Shown here one piece after another: positions 1 to 8,329 of a stretch of 20,000 nucleotides of DNA. The DNA is from an uncultured virus (IMG/VR IMGVR_UViG_3300027787_000001) (Duplodnaviria; Heunggongvirae; Uroviricota; Caudoviricetes), in the IMG/VR virus record IMGVR_UViG_3300027787_000001. One strand, given 5' to 3'. Each line of letters opens with the position of its first letter. The stretch's first letter is position 1. The translations under genes were made by a program, and so were the position numbers. The notes beneath the pieces are model-generated. The model saw only the letters and a list, made by a program, of their open reading frames with translations, made no database searches and was not told the origin of the DNA.

Positions 1-385
1 CGCGTTTGATTCGCATGTTCTCCAGGGGTTGCCAGTCTCCGTATGGTGCCCAAGGGACTCCCCCGCCGTATAGGTTAAAGTGCGACCGCTCGGATATCGG
101 GGGTTTCCAGATTGCCGCGATCCAGCATGGACCGTACATCCTCGCCCATGATTCCCTCTTGTAGATCGGCACCGTAGCGAGAATGTTCCCCACCGCAACA
201 ATGTCCCGCTTTGGCGTGAAGACACCCATCTCGTTGATCTGGCCGTCCCGCACCCAATATTCCATCTCCGTGCTGTAGACCCATTTGCATTTTGGCTGCT
301 CGCCCTGGTTGCCGAACGAGACAAAGCCAAAAGTTTCACCGAGGCGTTGATTCAATTTGTTGATGTGGCGCTGTGTGTCGGTCAT
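1..385 (-). CDS. Phage hypothetical protein, truncated by the left window edge (possible head-completion or other virion-associated protein)
   Basis: Not in the ORF track. ATG at 385 lies 6 nt after the TAG of the upstream gene, and the frame stays open to the edge: MTDTQRHINKLNQRLGETFGFVSFGNQGEQPKCKWVYSTEMEYW...GPCWIAAIWKPP...PWAPYGDWQPLENMRIKR. No signal peptide. Function inferred from position only. Confidence 0.75.
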   Translation of the reverse strand, partial: MTDTQRHINKLNQRLGETFGFVSFGNQGEQPKCKWVYSTEMEYWVRDGQINEMGVFTPKRDIVAVGNILATVPIYKRESWARMYGPCWIAAIWKPPISERSHFNLYGGGVPWAPYGDWQPLENMRIKR

Positions 386-391
386 ACTGAT

Positions 392-2167
392 CTACCTTTT
401 GCTGTTCCCGCCCATCACGGCCGTGCCGCCGAGGACGGAGGACGCACCAGCCGCAATGCCGGTACTAAACTCAAACGCCCCACGCTCCCAAGTACCGTCA
501 AACGTCCGGCTGACTCCGGCTAAATCCACGTTGTACGGTGCCGACAATGTAATGCCGTCGTTCAAGTGGGCGTCCACCGTTTCACTGGTCAGGTGAAAGT
601 CAGTAGCGGATACGAATGGATTAACCCCAACTCCTCCAGGAGCGGTGCCGACCTGAAATTCATGCGCGGCAACCGTTGTCGGCCCTTCCCCGGTATTAAG
701 CCACGTGTTGTAATCATGCGAGATATCGGCGTTGCTAAATATGTCCCCGGCTGTACAATTCCACCAGAGATTATTTTGAACTGTGTTTCCCGTAGAAGCA
801 GCCAAGGTGATTCTGACACCGGCAACATCCGCTCCGGGGTGCCCAGGAGCTAAATGGATTCCAGAAAAAGTGTTCCCATAGAATACCGAATTCGTCAAGA
901 CACCTGTAGGTCCGTTATCACCGATGCCTTTTGATACCCCACAAGTAGACGACGTGTCACCTAAATGTGTACAAACAGAATCCCAGTCGCTCGTATAGTA
1001 AAAGATATTGTTATATACCAGCCAACTGTCACACAGCCCGTTCAAACACGTGATAAAGCCGGTACCCTGGATATTTTTGAACGTGGAAGAAACAACCGTC
1101 AAATTACTCAGGCCCGTTTTTGTTGAATCGTTTGCCGGTGCCTGCGTCTGAATGGCGTTAGAGTGCTGAGCCGCATCGCTAAAATTATTTTCTATCCAAT
1201 CATTTGACACGGTGAACCCGGTGACATTGCCGGCAGATTGCACCAAAACCTGGATGTCATGAACAAAAGAATGTTTAAGACTGATGGTCGTAACTGTTGG
1301 TGTGGTCGTCGACGGACTTCCAAAATAAAACGCAGTAGAGCCTGACTGGCTGGCGGCATACGCCAAACCGGAGGCCGTGGTGGGGGATGAAGTAAGAATT
1401 AAGTGCGTGGCATCCGTGACTGAGGAAATGGTGCGGACCACAGCGTTAATCGTTATTTGCTTTCCACTCCAAAAACCGGATGTATCGAACTGGCTACGTG
1501 GGCTACCGGAAGCGTCTGTCGCCCAAGTGACTGTAGTAGTTCCATCTGTATTGAGAGTGCCTGTGCCGAGCACCGCTGAACCAGCCGCCTCTACACCATC
1601 CAGTTCTATATGCGCGAGAGTGATATGAGATAGCGACGCTTCGCTGCACGCATGGCTGTCAATGCGAATGAACCCAAACATTCGTCCGCTGCTGACGAAA
1701 TGGAACCCGTAGGTCCCCGTTGTATCGGAAGTCCCAACTTGTCCGTCCACGTCGTAGTAGTTGCCGCACATATCCCAAAAGGGATTCTTGAGTCCGTCTG
1801 TTGCAACAAAAGAATTGGACCACAAGATGTTAGGCGTCACGTCCACGCCAAAACTGGCATTCCATCCGGTTGCCGTTCCGTGATCCGCCCCAGTCGCCGC
1901 CTTGATCGTGATGTGACTCCCGGCTGTCCCGCTGGTGCTGAAGGTGTGAGTAAGTTCCCCGGCACACGGCGTGGTCGTGTCCGCAAGGTTGCCGCCGGAG
2001 TTCCCGATGTAGACTACATCTCCTGCCGCGAGCGGTGGGATTTTACAGTTGGCGTTTGACCAATCTGTCCCAGCGTGTGTCCCCGCGCCACCGGCGAGAA
2101 CAAAGAACGTCGATGCAGAGCAATCCGACACCAGCAGAAACACGTAGATGGGGAATCGCAGTATCAT
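392..2167 (-). CDS. Signal-peptide-bearing right-handed parallel beta-helix (pectin-lyase-like / tailspike-like) protein, 591 aa
   Basis: N-terminus MILRFPIYVFLLVSDCSA|STFFVLAGGAG...GTDWSNA. Asn-ladder repeats (VYNNIFY, FYGNTFSG, VQNNLWWN, HDYNTWLN). Typical beta-helix C-cap NPFVSATDFHL...DLAGVSR...WERGAFEF. ATGA overlap with the upstream stop. Confidence 0.8.
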   Translation of the reverse strand: MILRFPIYVFLLVSDCSASTFFVLAGGAGTHAGTDWSNANCKIPPLAAGDVVYIGNSGGNLADTTTPCAGELTHTFSTSGTAGSHITIKAATGADHGTATGWNASFGVDVTPNILWSNSFVATDGLKNPFWDMCGNYYDVDGQVGTSDTTGTYGFHFVSSGRMFGFIRIDSHACSEASLSHITLAHIELDGVEAAGSAVLGTGTLNTDGTTTVTWATDASGSPRSQFDTSGFWSGKQITINAVVRTISSVTDATHLILTSSPTTASGLAYAASQSGSTAFYFGSPSTTTPTVTTISLKHSFVHDIQVLVQSAGNVTGFTVSNDWIENNFSDAAQHSNAIQTQAPANDSTKTGLSNLTVVSSTFKNIQGTGFITCLNGLCDSWLVYNNIFYYTSDWDSVCTHLGDTSSTCGVSKGIGDNGPTGVLTNSVFYGNTFSGIHLAPGHPGADVAGVRITLAASTGNTVQNNLWWNCTAGDIFSNADISHDYNTWLNTGEGPTTVAAHEFQVGTAPGGVGVNPFVSATDFHLTSETVDAHLNDGITLSAPYNVDLAGVSRTFDGTWERGAFEFSTGIAAGASSVLGGTAVMGGNSKR

Positions 2168-3573
2168 TGCACGAACGCTGTCTGTCCGCCGACACTAGCC
2201 TGATGCTGTGCGGCCCCGACATCACGAAAATTGGTTGTCAATCCCGCAGGGAAAGTCAAAGGGTCTCCGACCGATTGAAGAAGCGCTCCGGCTCCGACCG
2301 TGTTGTTGAGAAGAAAGTTGGACGCTGCTGCGTTGACGAACACCGATCCGGCAGTGACTGGAATAGCTCCGACATTGGCCATTGGGTTGGCGTTGGTGGC
2401 GACCCCAACGGAATTATTGTTGAAGTAGGAAACATTTCTAAGGTTTTTCCCTTGACCAGTAAAATTGAATCCGGCAGAAGCAACGCTGACGCCGTTGTTT
2501 TCTGCATGAGAGTCAACGACTAGCCCTGGCGCGTTGGTGGTACTGGCAGCAAATCCATGCTGGCCGTTGGACACAGCAACGCAGTGGTAACAGACTTGAT
2601 TTGAATAACCGATAGTGGTTGCGCCTGTGTTCCCGTAGGATAAACAATCGACACAATACAGAGTCGTTATCGGGGTCGCTGTATTTGCCCATGCTTCACA
2701 GGCAATGCAGATGGCAGTTCCTCCGAAGACCGCGGCAGAATTAGTCGTCGCGCCGCACTTGTAGAAGATCGGGGTACCGCTGGTAGCGGTATTGAAGTTT
2801 TTGAATAGGCAGTTGGTAAAAATGTTGGCCCCCGATGTCAACTTAGCCGCGGTCTGTGTATTTCCGTCGAAGATGATGTTCTTATATATAGTCGCGCTGG
2901 TCGTAGCGATTGTTACGGTGGTCGTGTTGATTTGGATCGTCGGTCTGTTGTCCGAGTTCCCCAGTGTGCGGCTGGAAGTATACCCTTGCATAAATACCAC
3001 GGTCGCCCCGGAGAACGTGCCGCCCGCCACATTGCCTGTCGCCGAAGTGATCGAGTAGACGGATGCCCCGTCAGCACCAACATTCAAAAGAAAGATCACG
3101 TTTCCGGAAATTGCCAATGAGTTCGCCTGACCGGGGCTTAGAAGTGCCCCACCGATGTTCATGGTCGCTCCGGTCCCAGTAGTCAAGCCGGTTGACCGAT
3201 CCACCACAATCGTGGTCGAGTTGGTGAAAGTAATAACTTGATACCAAGCTGAGGCTATTGATCCTGTACCGCCAGACACGTTGATGATGTTGCCGACGAT
3301 GGCAGCGCTGAAATTAGCCGTTGCCGAGGTGATGGTGGTCGTTCCATTTGTGACCGCATCTGTGGTGGAGATGTTGATCGTCGCGCTCTGACAGGACGTG
3401 CAAGCCACGGCATTCTTATTGGCGAACAGGGACATATCCGTGCCCGATGCGCCGGTGACGAATCCGCCGCCATTGGTGTCGCTGCCGGTGAGCCTGACTT
3501 CAAAAACCGATTGCGCTGATATGGCGGAAAACGCCCGAGATGCAAAGAGTAAAACGACGAGTAGCTTTTTCAT
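2164..3573 (-). CDS. Signal-peptide-bearing beta-helix protein, 469 aa (start revised from 3690 to 3573)
   Basis: ATG at 3573 overlaps the upstream TAA (TAATG). MKKLLVVLLFASRAFS|AISAQ is a Sec-type signal. Coil repeats FTNCLFKN, ICIACEAWAN, YCVDCLSYGN, VCYHCVAVSN. C-cap FVNAAASNFLLN...RDVGAAQH. Confidence 0.8.
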   Translation of the reverse strand: MKKLLVVLLFASRAFSAISAQSVFEVRLTGSDTNGGGFVTGASGTDMSLFANKNAVACTSCQSATINISTTDAVTNGTTTITSATANFSAAIVGNIINVSGGTGSIASAWYQVITFTNSTTIVVDRSTGLTTGTGATMNIGGALLSPGQANSLAISGNVIFLLNVGADGASVYSITSATGNVAGGTFSGATVVFMQGYTSSRTLGNSDNRPTIQINTTTVTIATTSATIYKNIIFDGNTQTAAKLTSGANIFTNCLFKNFNTATSGTPIFYKCGATTNSAAVFGGTAICIACEAWANTATPITTLYCVDCLSYGNTGATTIGYSNQVCYHCVAVSNGQHGFAASTTNAPGLVVDSHAENNGVSVASAGFNFTGQGKNLRNVSYFNNNSVGVATNANPMANVGAIPVTAGSVFVNAAASNFLLNNTVGAGALLQSVGDPLTFPAGLTTNFRDVGAAQHQASVGGQTAFVQ

Positions 3574-4607
3574 TATTGTGTCCCCGAAAGCGTGACCTTC
3601 CCAGACAGTGTGTGGATGTTTGTAGGGGAAGTAAGCACTATGCAAACCACTATTGGCGCGGCTGCCGTGCCTGAGATTGTTTTCGACCACCCGGTTAGAG
3701 TTGTGTCTTTGAATCCGAGAACCGCCGAGAAGGTTGGTGTATCCGAGGCTGTGATTGATGTGGCACCGCCAGGGCCGGATGTCAGATAGTTGGCAAAGGT
3801 CTCGGTCTGAAGATCCAGCGTAGCGCCGCCCGAAACATCCCCGAGTAGGCTAATGCCCGTGATGGTCGCGGTGTAGGTTATGGTATTGCAGGCTGTCTGT
3901 CCTGTGAGGACGGCTGTGCTGGAGAATCCTATCGCAATTTCATGTGTGACCGCCGTCACACCGGAGCCGCTGCATCCGCTTGTCGTCGCTCCGCCGTTTG
4001 CGTCGGTACAGAGAGACGCGCCAGTTCCCGAGACCGTGCCGGAACTCAGGAGCTTCGTGTCGGTGCCTTGGATGGCCTTGATGGAGAGCGTGCCCGGTGT
4101 ACCAGCGCCGTCGCTCACAATTGCGCCTGCTGCGTCGGCGGCGGGGACTTTCCACTGGTAGGCGGTAGGAATCGACGTTGGGGCAAAGATTGTTAGGCCG
4201 TTGGCACCAAAGATAGGTAGCGTGCCCTGCCCAAAGAAGGAAGTACCGGCGATACCAGATCCTACTTGGGTGCTCAACGTGCCAGTGAGCGATAAGTTGC
4301 CGTTGGAATCAAGCAGGCACAAAGGGCATATCGTCTGGATCGCGGTCCCGCCCGCGCTGGTCACGATGGCCCCGTTGGTCATGGTGCCGGTGGTGGTGAC
4401 GGAGCCGTTCCCAGATCCCATATCTGCCCAGGTGTCCGTCGCGGTGCAAAGTCGTTCCTTCGCTGTTGAGGTGTCGAAATATTTTTCACCGGCCGCGCAA
4501 TGCGTTGGAGCCGTGGCGAGTTCGGGCCACGGGGGATTAGGTCCAACTATGACCTGAGCGAACATCGCAGGACAAACCAGGGAAAAAAGTAGCGCCTGGT
4601 ATCTCAT
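3573..4607 (-). CDS. Signal-peptide-bearing fibre/spike-like protein, 344 aa
   Basis: MRYQALLFSLVCPAMFA|QVIVG signal, with GGGGAG RBS upstream. Small Cys-paired N-module (HCAAGEKYFDT...LCTATDTW), Gly/Thr shaft with LCxD(S/A)NG motifs, and a C-terminal beta-sandwich-like domain. Confidence 0.7.
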   Translation of the reverse strand: MRYQALLFSLVCPAMFAQVIVGPNPPWPELATAPTHCAAGEKYFDTSTAKERLCTATDTWADMGSGNGSVTTTGTMTNGAIVTSAGGTAIQTICPLCLLDSNGNLSLTGTLSTQVGSGIAGTSFFGQGTLPIFGANGLTIFAPTSIPTAYQWKVPAADAAGAIVSDGAGTPGTLSIKAIQGTDTKLLSSGTVSGTGASLCTDANGGATTSGCSGSGVTAVTHEIAIGFSSTAVLTGQTACNTITYTATITGISLLGDVSGGATLDLQTETFANYLTSGPGGATSITASDTPTFSAVLGFKDTTLTGWSKTISGTAAAPIVVCIVLTSPTNIHTLSGKVTLSGTQ

Positions 4608-4610
4608 TGT

Positions 4611-4964
4611 CTACTCCCCTCTTTCTACGAGAACCCAAACCGAATACGCACCCGTCCCCGCATAGGTACTAGAAATGGTAATGGTGCTGATTGATCGGAT
4701 CAGGGCAGCGCTCGTGGCGGCATTATTAGAGGTCAGATTGAATCCCGCAGGGATCGTAAGACTTTTAGCCCCGCTATCTGTTGTGAACCCCACTGAAAAT
4801 GAGACAGACCCAGATCCAGCGGTAGAAGTTTCTGCATACACGCTTACTCTGTAGAGTCCACTGGGAAGTGAGGAGCCGACTATCGCTCCAGAAAGACTGG
4901 CGGACTGGGAAAGAAACGAAGTCACTTTCCCGCCGTTTTTTAGGCGCCCCTGGTAGTTGAGCAT
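4611..4964 (-). CDS. Small all-beta virion protein (putative decoration or spike-base protein)
   Basis: GGAG RBS. Ser/Gly/Thr-rich with alternating beta strands (GLYRVSVYAET, YSVWVLVER). Second gene after the capsid gene. No signal peptide. Confidence 0.55.
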   Translation of the reverse strand: MLNYQGRLKNGGKVTSFLSQSASLSGAIVGSSLPSGLYRVSVYAETSTAGSGSVSFSVGFTTDSGAKSLTIPAGFNLTSNNAATSAALIRSISTITISSTYAGTGAYSVWVLVERGE

Positions 4965-5049
4965 AGCGGCTCCATTCTGATTTGAAGCCGGTCTCTTCCG
5001 GCCGTCACGCCGCGCAAGCGTCTGGGGGCGTTCACAGAATTGCTAGGTT

Positions 5050-5466
5050 CTAGCTGACCAGCAGGAAGATTTTCATGGTCCCGGTTTCGGCACCATCGGC
5101 TACTTCCGTGTTGGTCAGGTTCGAGTAGAGCCGACACGTGAAGACGTAGGCTGTACTCGTCCTCGTCCAGACATTTGGCTGGCCGATCTTGATGTTGGTC
5201 CCGGCTGCCGTGACGACAGCGAATAGGACATCGACAGCTCGGATAGATGCGATGCCTTTCTGGAAAGTCCCTCCCTGCTGGCCTGAAGGCATGTCAGGGA
5301 AATCGCCATGTTCGAGCGATTGCAACGGAGCGGTGAAATCGAATGTGATACCGCCAGTTGCGGTAGCGTAAGTGAATCCGATCGTCGCCGTCAGCGAAAC
5401 GATACGCGGATTGGTCAGGTGCGACAGACCAATTGGTGTGGGGTTAACTACAAAGCTGTTTGCCAT
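5050..5466 (-). CDS. Putative capsid decoration/cement protein
   Basis: Immediately follows the major capsid gene, AAGGA RBS, 138 aa, beta-rich (YATATGGITFDF...TEVADG). Confidence 0.6.
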   Translation of the reverse strand: MANSFVVNPTPIGLSHLTNPRIVSLTATIGFTYATATGGITFDFTAPLQSLEHGDFPDMPSGQQGGTFQKGIASIRAVDVLFAVVTAAGTNIKIGQPNVWTRTSTAYVFTCRLYSNLTNTEVADGAETGTMKIFLLVS

Positions 5467-5493
5467 GTCGTTTGTCCTTTTTCTTTCTAAGCC

Positions 5494-6789
5494 CTAGTAA
5501 CCAGAGGGCAAACTGCATCCATAGATCGTCCCTTGGCTGCCTGGGTCAAAGGACACAAAGTTCTCGTCCTGCGTGAGAGAAAACCAGAGTCCCGCCTGCG
5601 GTGCTCCGCTCGGACCAGGGATGAAGAAGAAGCGCTGGCCACCGATCTCGAAATAGCCGAGTTGGTTCAGCCGCGCCTTGCCCCAGAGAGAAGGAACGAT
5701 CCAATCGAGGCGCGAACGATCCTGCCGGTAATCCAGCAGGTGATCGATGCCGGCGAATGGGAACGAGGACTTCGAAGCGTCCTTGGTGGCATTGGGCAGG
5801 AAATCGCGTGCCTCCATGTCCTTCGAGTTCTGGAGGTTGACGGTTAAGGCGACCTGCTCGGAGAAAATCTGCGCGCGCTGCGAGATATTGGCGAGGCCCT
5901 TCAGCCCAGTCGGTTCCTGGCCGCGCCGTTGGCCGATTGCATCGAGTAGCAGCAGGCCGTGGTTCCAGGTCAAGGCTCCATTGGCGTTGATCGAGTTGAC
6001 GGCCAATTCCGGCTCGACTGCTCGATCCAGGCCCTGATAGGTGCCCGAGGAGGCGTAAGAGTTGTGGTAGTACAGTCCCTGTTTCCAGGTTGGTGCGGCG
6101 CCGGTGGTATTGACACCATCGAAGCAGATCACATCTGTTGCTCCGGCCGAAGCGACCAGGCCACTCAAAGTGATCTTTTTGTTGGAGTAGTCGATTTTGG
6201 TCACGAACATTCCCGAGGCGCGCAGTGTGTTGAAGTCGCTCGAATACACGACGACATACATGCCGCGCCGCATACGCTGAATGCCAAAATTTGCATCGAG
6301 CGTATAAGTGGTAGCGCCCGAAACGGTAGCGGTGGCCGTCGCAGTTCCTGCTACTGCCGTGCCATCTGTGTGGAAGCTGAAATCGTTGTAGACGGCGAAT
6401 TCCCTCATCGCCCTCTTCATCGTTTCCTTGAAAACCGATCCGGCCGGTGAGACTTTGGCATCGGCCGTTGCATCCATCTTGAGCTTCGACAACTCAAAGT
6501 TGAGGCGCAGGGGGAAGAACGTCGAGATGAGCCGATCCCCAGTCATTGAGGAGCCGCGGCCCATGTCGCCGAAGTTGTTGTCGTAAGTTCCGAACCGACC
6601 GCCGGCCGATAGCCAAATGGGAGCCCGGAAATCGCGCTCACCTACTCGCGTTACTTCCGTCTTCTCGATTAGGTTCGACGCGACGACAAATGATTCCTGC
6701 CATTCTTGCAGCTTTGGCCGGATGACCTCCGACTGCATCCAAAGTGAGTTTGTGTTGGTATAACCGTGAGTGGTACTGGCGTCTGCCAT
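5494..6789 (-). CDS. Major capsid protein (HK97-type fold inferred)
   Basis: 431 aa, directly after the scaffold-like gene, AAAAGGA RBS. Sequence pattern consistent with phage capsids (E-loop-like ERDFRAPIW..GGRFG, long helix FKETMKRAMREF, GTYQGLDRA, C-terminal DPGSQGTIYG). Confidence 0.8.
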   Translation of the reverse strand: MADASTTHGYTNTNSLWMQSEVIRPKLQEWQESFVVASNLIEKTEVTRVGERDFRAPIWLSAGGRFGTYDNNFGDMGRGSSMTGDRLISTFFPLRLNFELSKLKMDATADAKVSPAGSVFKETMKRAMREFAVYNDFSFHTDGTAVAGTATATATVSGATTYTLDANFGIQRMRRGMYVVVYSSDFNTLRASGMFVTKIDYSNKKITLSGLVASAGATDVICFDGVNTTGAAPTWKQGLYYHNSYASSGTYQGLDRAVEPELAVNSINANGALTWNHGLLLLDAIGQRRGQEPTGLKGLANISQRAQIFSEQVALTVNLQNSKDMEARDFLPNATKDASKSSFPFAGIDHLLDYRQDRSRLDWIVPSLWGKARLNQLGYFEIGGQRFFFIPGPSGAPQAGLWFSLTQDENFVSFDPGSQGTIYGCSLPSGY

Positions 6790-6884
6790 AGGAATTCCTT
6801 TTGATCGTCAGGTACACTTGTCCTGAGCGAATCGAATGAATTTGGTACTGCGGCGGGAGTTAGTAGGCCGCCGTGCGGATTCCG

Positions 6885-8294
6885 CTAGATACCGAAGTTC
6901 TGCCGGAAAATCTCATCAATCTCTGCGCTCGGGTCTCGCCCTTTGACTGCCGTTCCCACCTTCGTGAGATCGGGGGCAATCGAGCGCCTGACTGGAGATC
7001 CTCCGGCCAGGTTCTTCTGGCTGGCGGAATTCGCTAACTGCTGATGCCGTTGTCTGTTTTGCTCGACAACGGTATTGGTGGCCTGTGGCAGCAGACGCTT
7101 CACTTCAGAAGTGATGATGCTTTTGGCCCTTGCTGCATACCGCTTCACGGCTTTATCCAGGTCCCTTTCGGACCCGGATCGCCGGGCGGATTCCATATCG
7201 AGATCGTAGAGCGATTTCCACTCTGCGTTCTCGGAAACTTTCTTTTCAACCCCGCTGAGTACTCCGGTGCGGATCATCTCGAGCAGGGCCGGTCGATCTT
7301 TGAATCCTTCCTTGACCTTGGAGAGCAATTCGTCGGCAATTTCCATGACCGCCGACTCGCGCTTGGCGTTGGCGTTGGCTTCCCACTGTTTGGACTGCTC
7401 CTGGAAGTGCTGATGCCGAATCGCGTTGATGCGGCGCTCTTCCTGCTGCAGTTCGGCACGTTGCTGGGCGTATGGGTCCACGCTTCGCGCGTCATCGATC
7501 TGCTTATATCTCCCGGTAAGTTCCCAATTCGTCCTTTGGATGCGGAATATCTCTGCCTGGGCGGCCGAGATGCGTTTGGGGTCTCGGGATGCCTCTGCCT
7601 GGCGCAGTGCGTCAAACGCAGCCGGATAAAGCGCATCGAAGCTGGTCGTGATGATCGGTTCGGCTATGGTGCTGTTGAAAACCTGCGGAGCCGATCCAGC
7701 CAGAACACGTGTTCCATGCGCCACCATCTGCCCGAAGGCCTGCGGGTTGCCGGAATCGACCGCGACATTGACCAGATGCTGGACGAACGTCCCAATTCGG
7801 TTCGGGTCACCCGAAATCAGGTCGGCATTCATCCGGCGTAGGTCCGTGAAGCCCTGATAATGCTCGACGGCGGCCTCGGGTGTGAATTCTGGGATCTGTT
7901 CACGGATTTGCCGGAGCTCTTGATGCTCGGAAACGAGAAGCTTTCCTTTGGTCTCTGAAAAATGCCACTTTTTAGCACCATCACGCGAGGTCGTAATTTC
8001 TGGTTCGCCTATTTCATCGTCTGCCGGCTCCGCTGGAGCCTGTTCAGTGGCTTCTGCGCCCTCTTTTTCAGGCGCCGCGGCTTCCTGGCCGGGTTCCGGC
8101 GCTAATTCTTCGGGCGGCCGTCCATCGGGAGGCCCGATGGACTCCTCAGGATTGGAGAATTCAGGTGCTGTGAAGCCTGGGCCGGCTCCTGTGGTGGCGC
8201 TGGTCGTCCCAGTCTCAAAAGCGGCGTCAATTTGGGAGTCTACGAAGCCAGAAGATGGCAGTGTGCCGGCATCGGGCGCTAACGTTTCAGGCAT
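6885..8294 (-). CDS. Capsid scaffolding protein
   Basis: AGGAGA RBS. Acidic Pro/Glu-rich disordered N-terminus, long coiled-coil helices, short C-terminal helix (AEIDEIFRQNFGI). Located between portal and capsid. Confidence 0.7.
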   Translation of the reverse strand: MPETLAPDAGTLPSSGFVDSQIDAAFETGTTSATTGAGPGFTAPEFSNPEESIGPPDGRPPEELAPEPGQEAAAPEKEGAEATEQAPAEPADDEIGEPEITTSRDGAKKWHFSETKGKLLVSEHQELRQIREQIPEFTPEAAVEHYQGFTDLRRMNADLISGDPNRIGTFVQHLVNVAVDSGNPQAFGQMVAHGTRVLAGSAPQVFNSTIAEPIITTSFDALYPAAFDALRQAEASRDPKRISAAQAEIFRIQRTNWELTGRYKQIDDARSVDPYAQQRAELQQEERRINAIRHQHFQEQSKQWEANANAKRESAVMEIADELLSKVKEGFKDRPALLEMIRTGVLSGVEKKVSENAEWKSLYDLDMESARRSGSERDLDKAVKRYAARAKSIITSEVKRLLPQATNTVVEQNRQRHQQLANSASQKNLAGGSPVRRSIAPDLTKVGTAVKGRDPSAEIDEIFRQNFGI

Positions 8295-8329
8295 TGGATC
8301 TCCTATTCAGGAAAATCTTGAAAATTTGG

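Noticed and set aside
3574..3690. 39-codon N-terminal extension of the 508-aa ORF in the track
   Set aside because: Overlaps the fibre gene. The TAATG-coupled ATG at 3573 exposes a clean signal peptide.
7044..7841. 265-aa plus-strand ORF and the many other plus-strand ORFs over the head genes
   Set aside because: Antisense shadows of GC-rich minus-strand genes, with no RBS or protein-like motifs.
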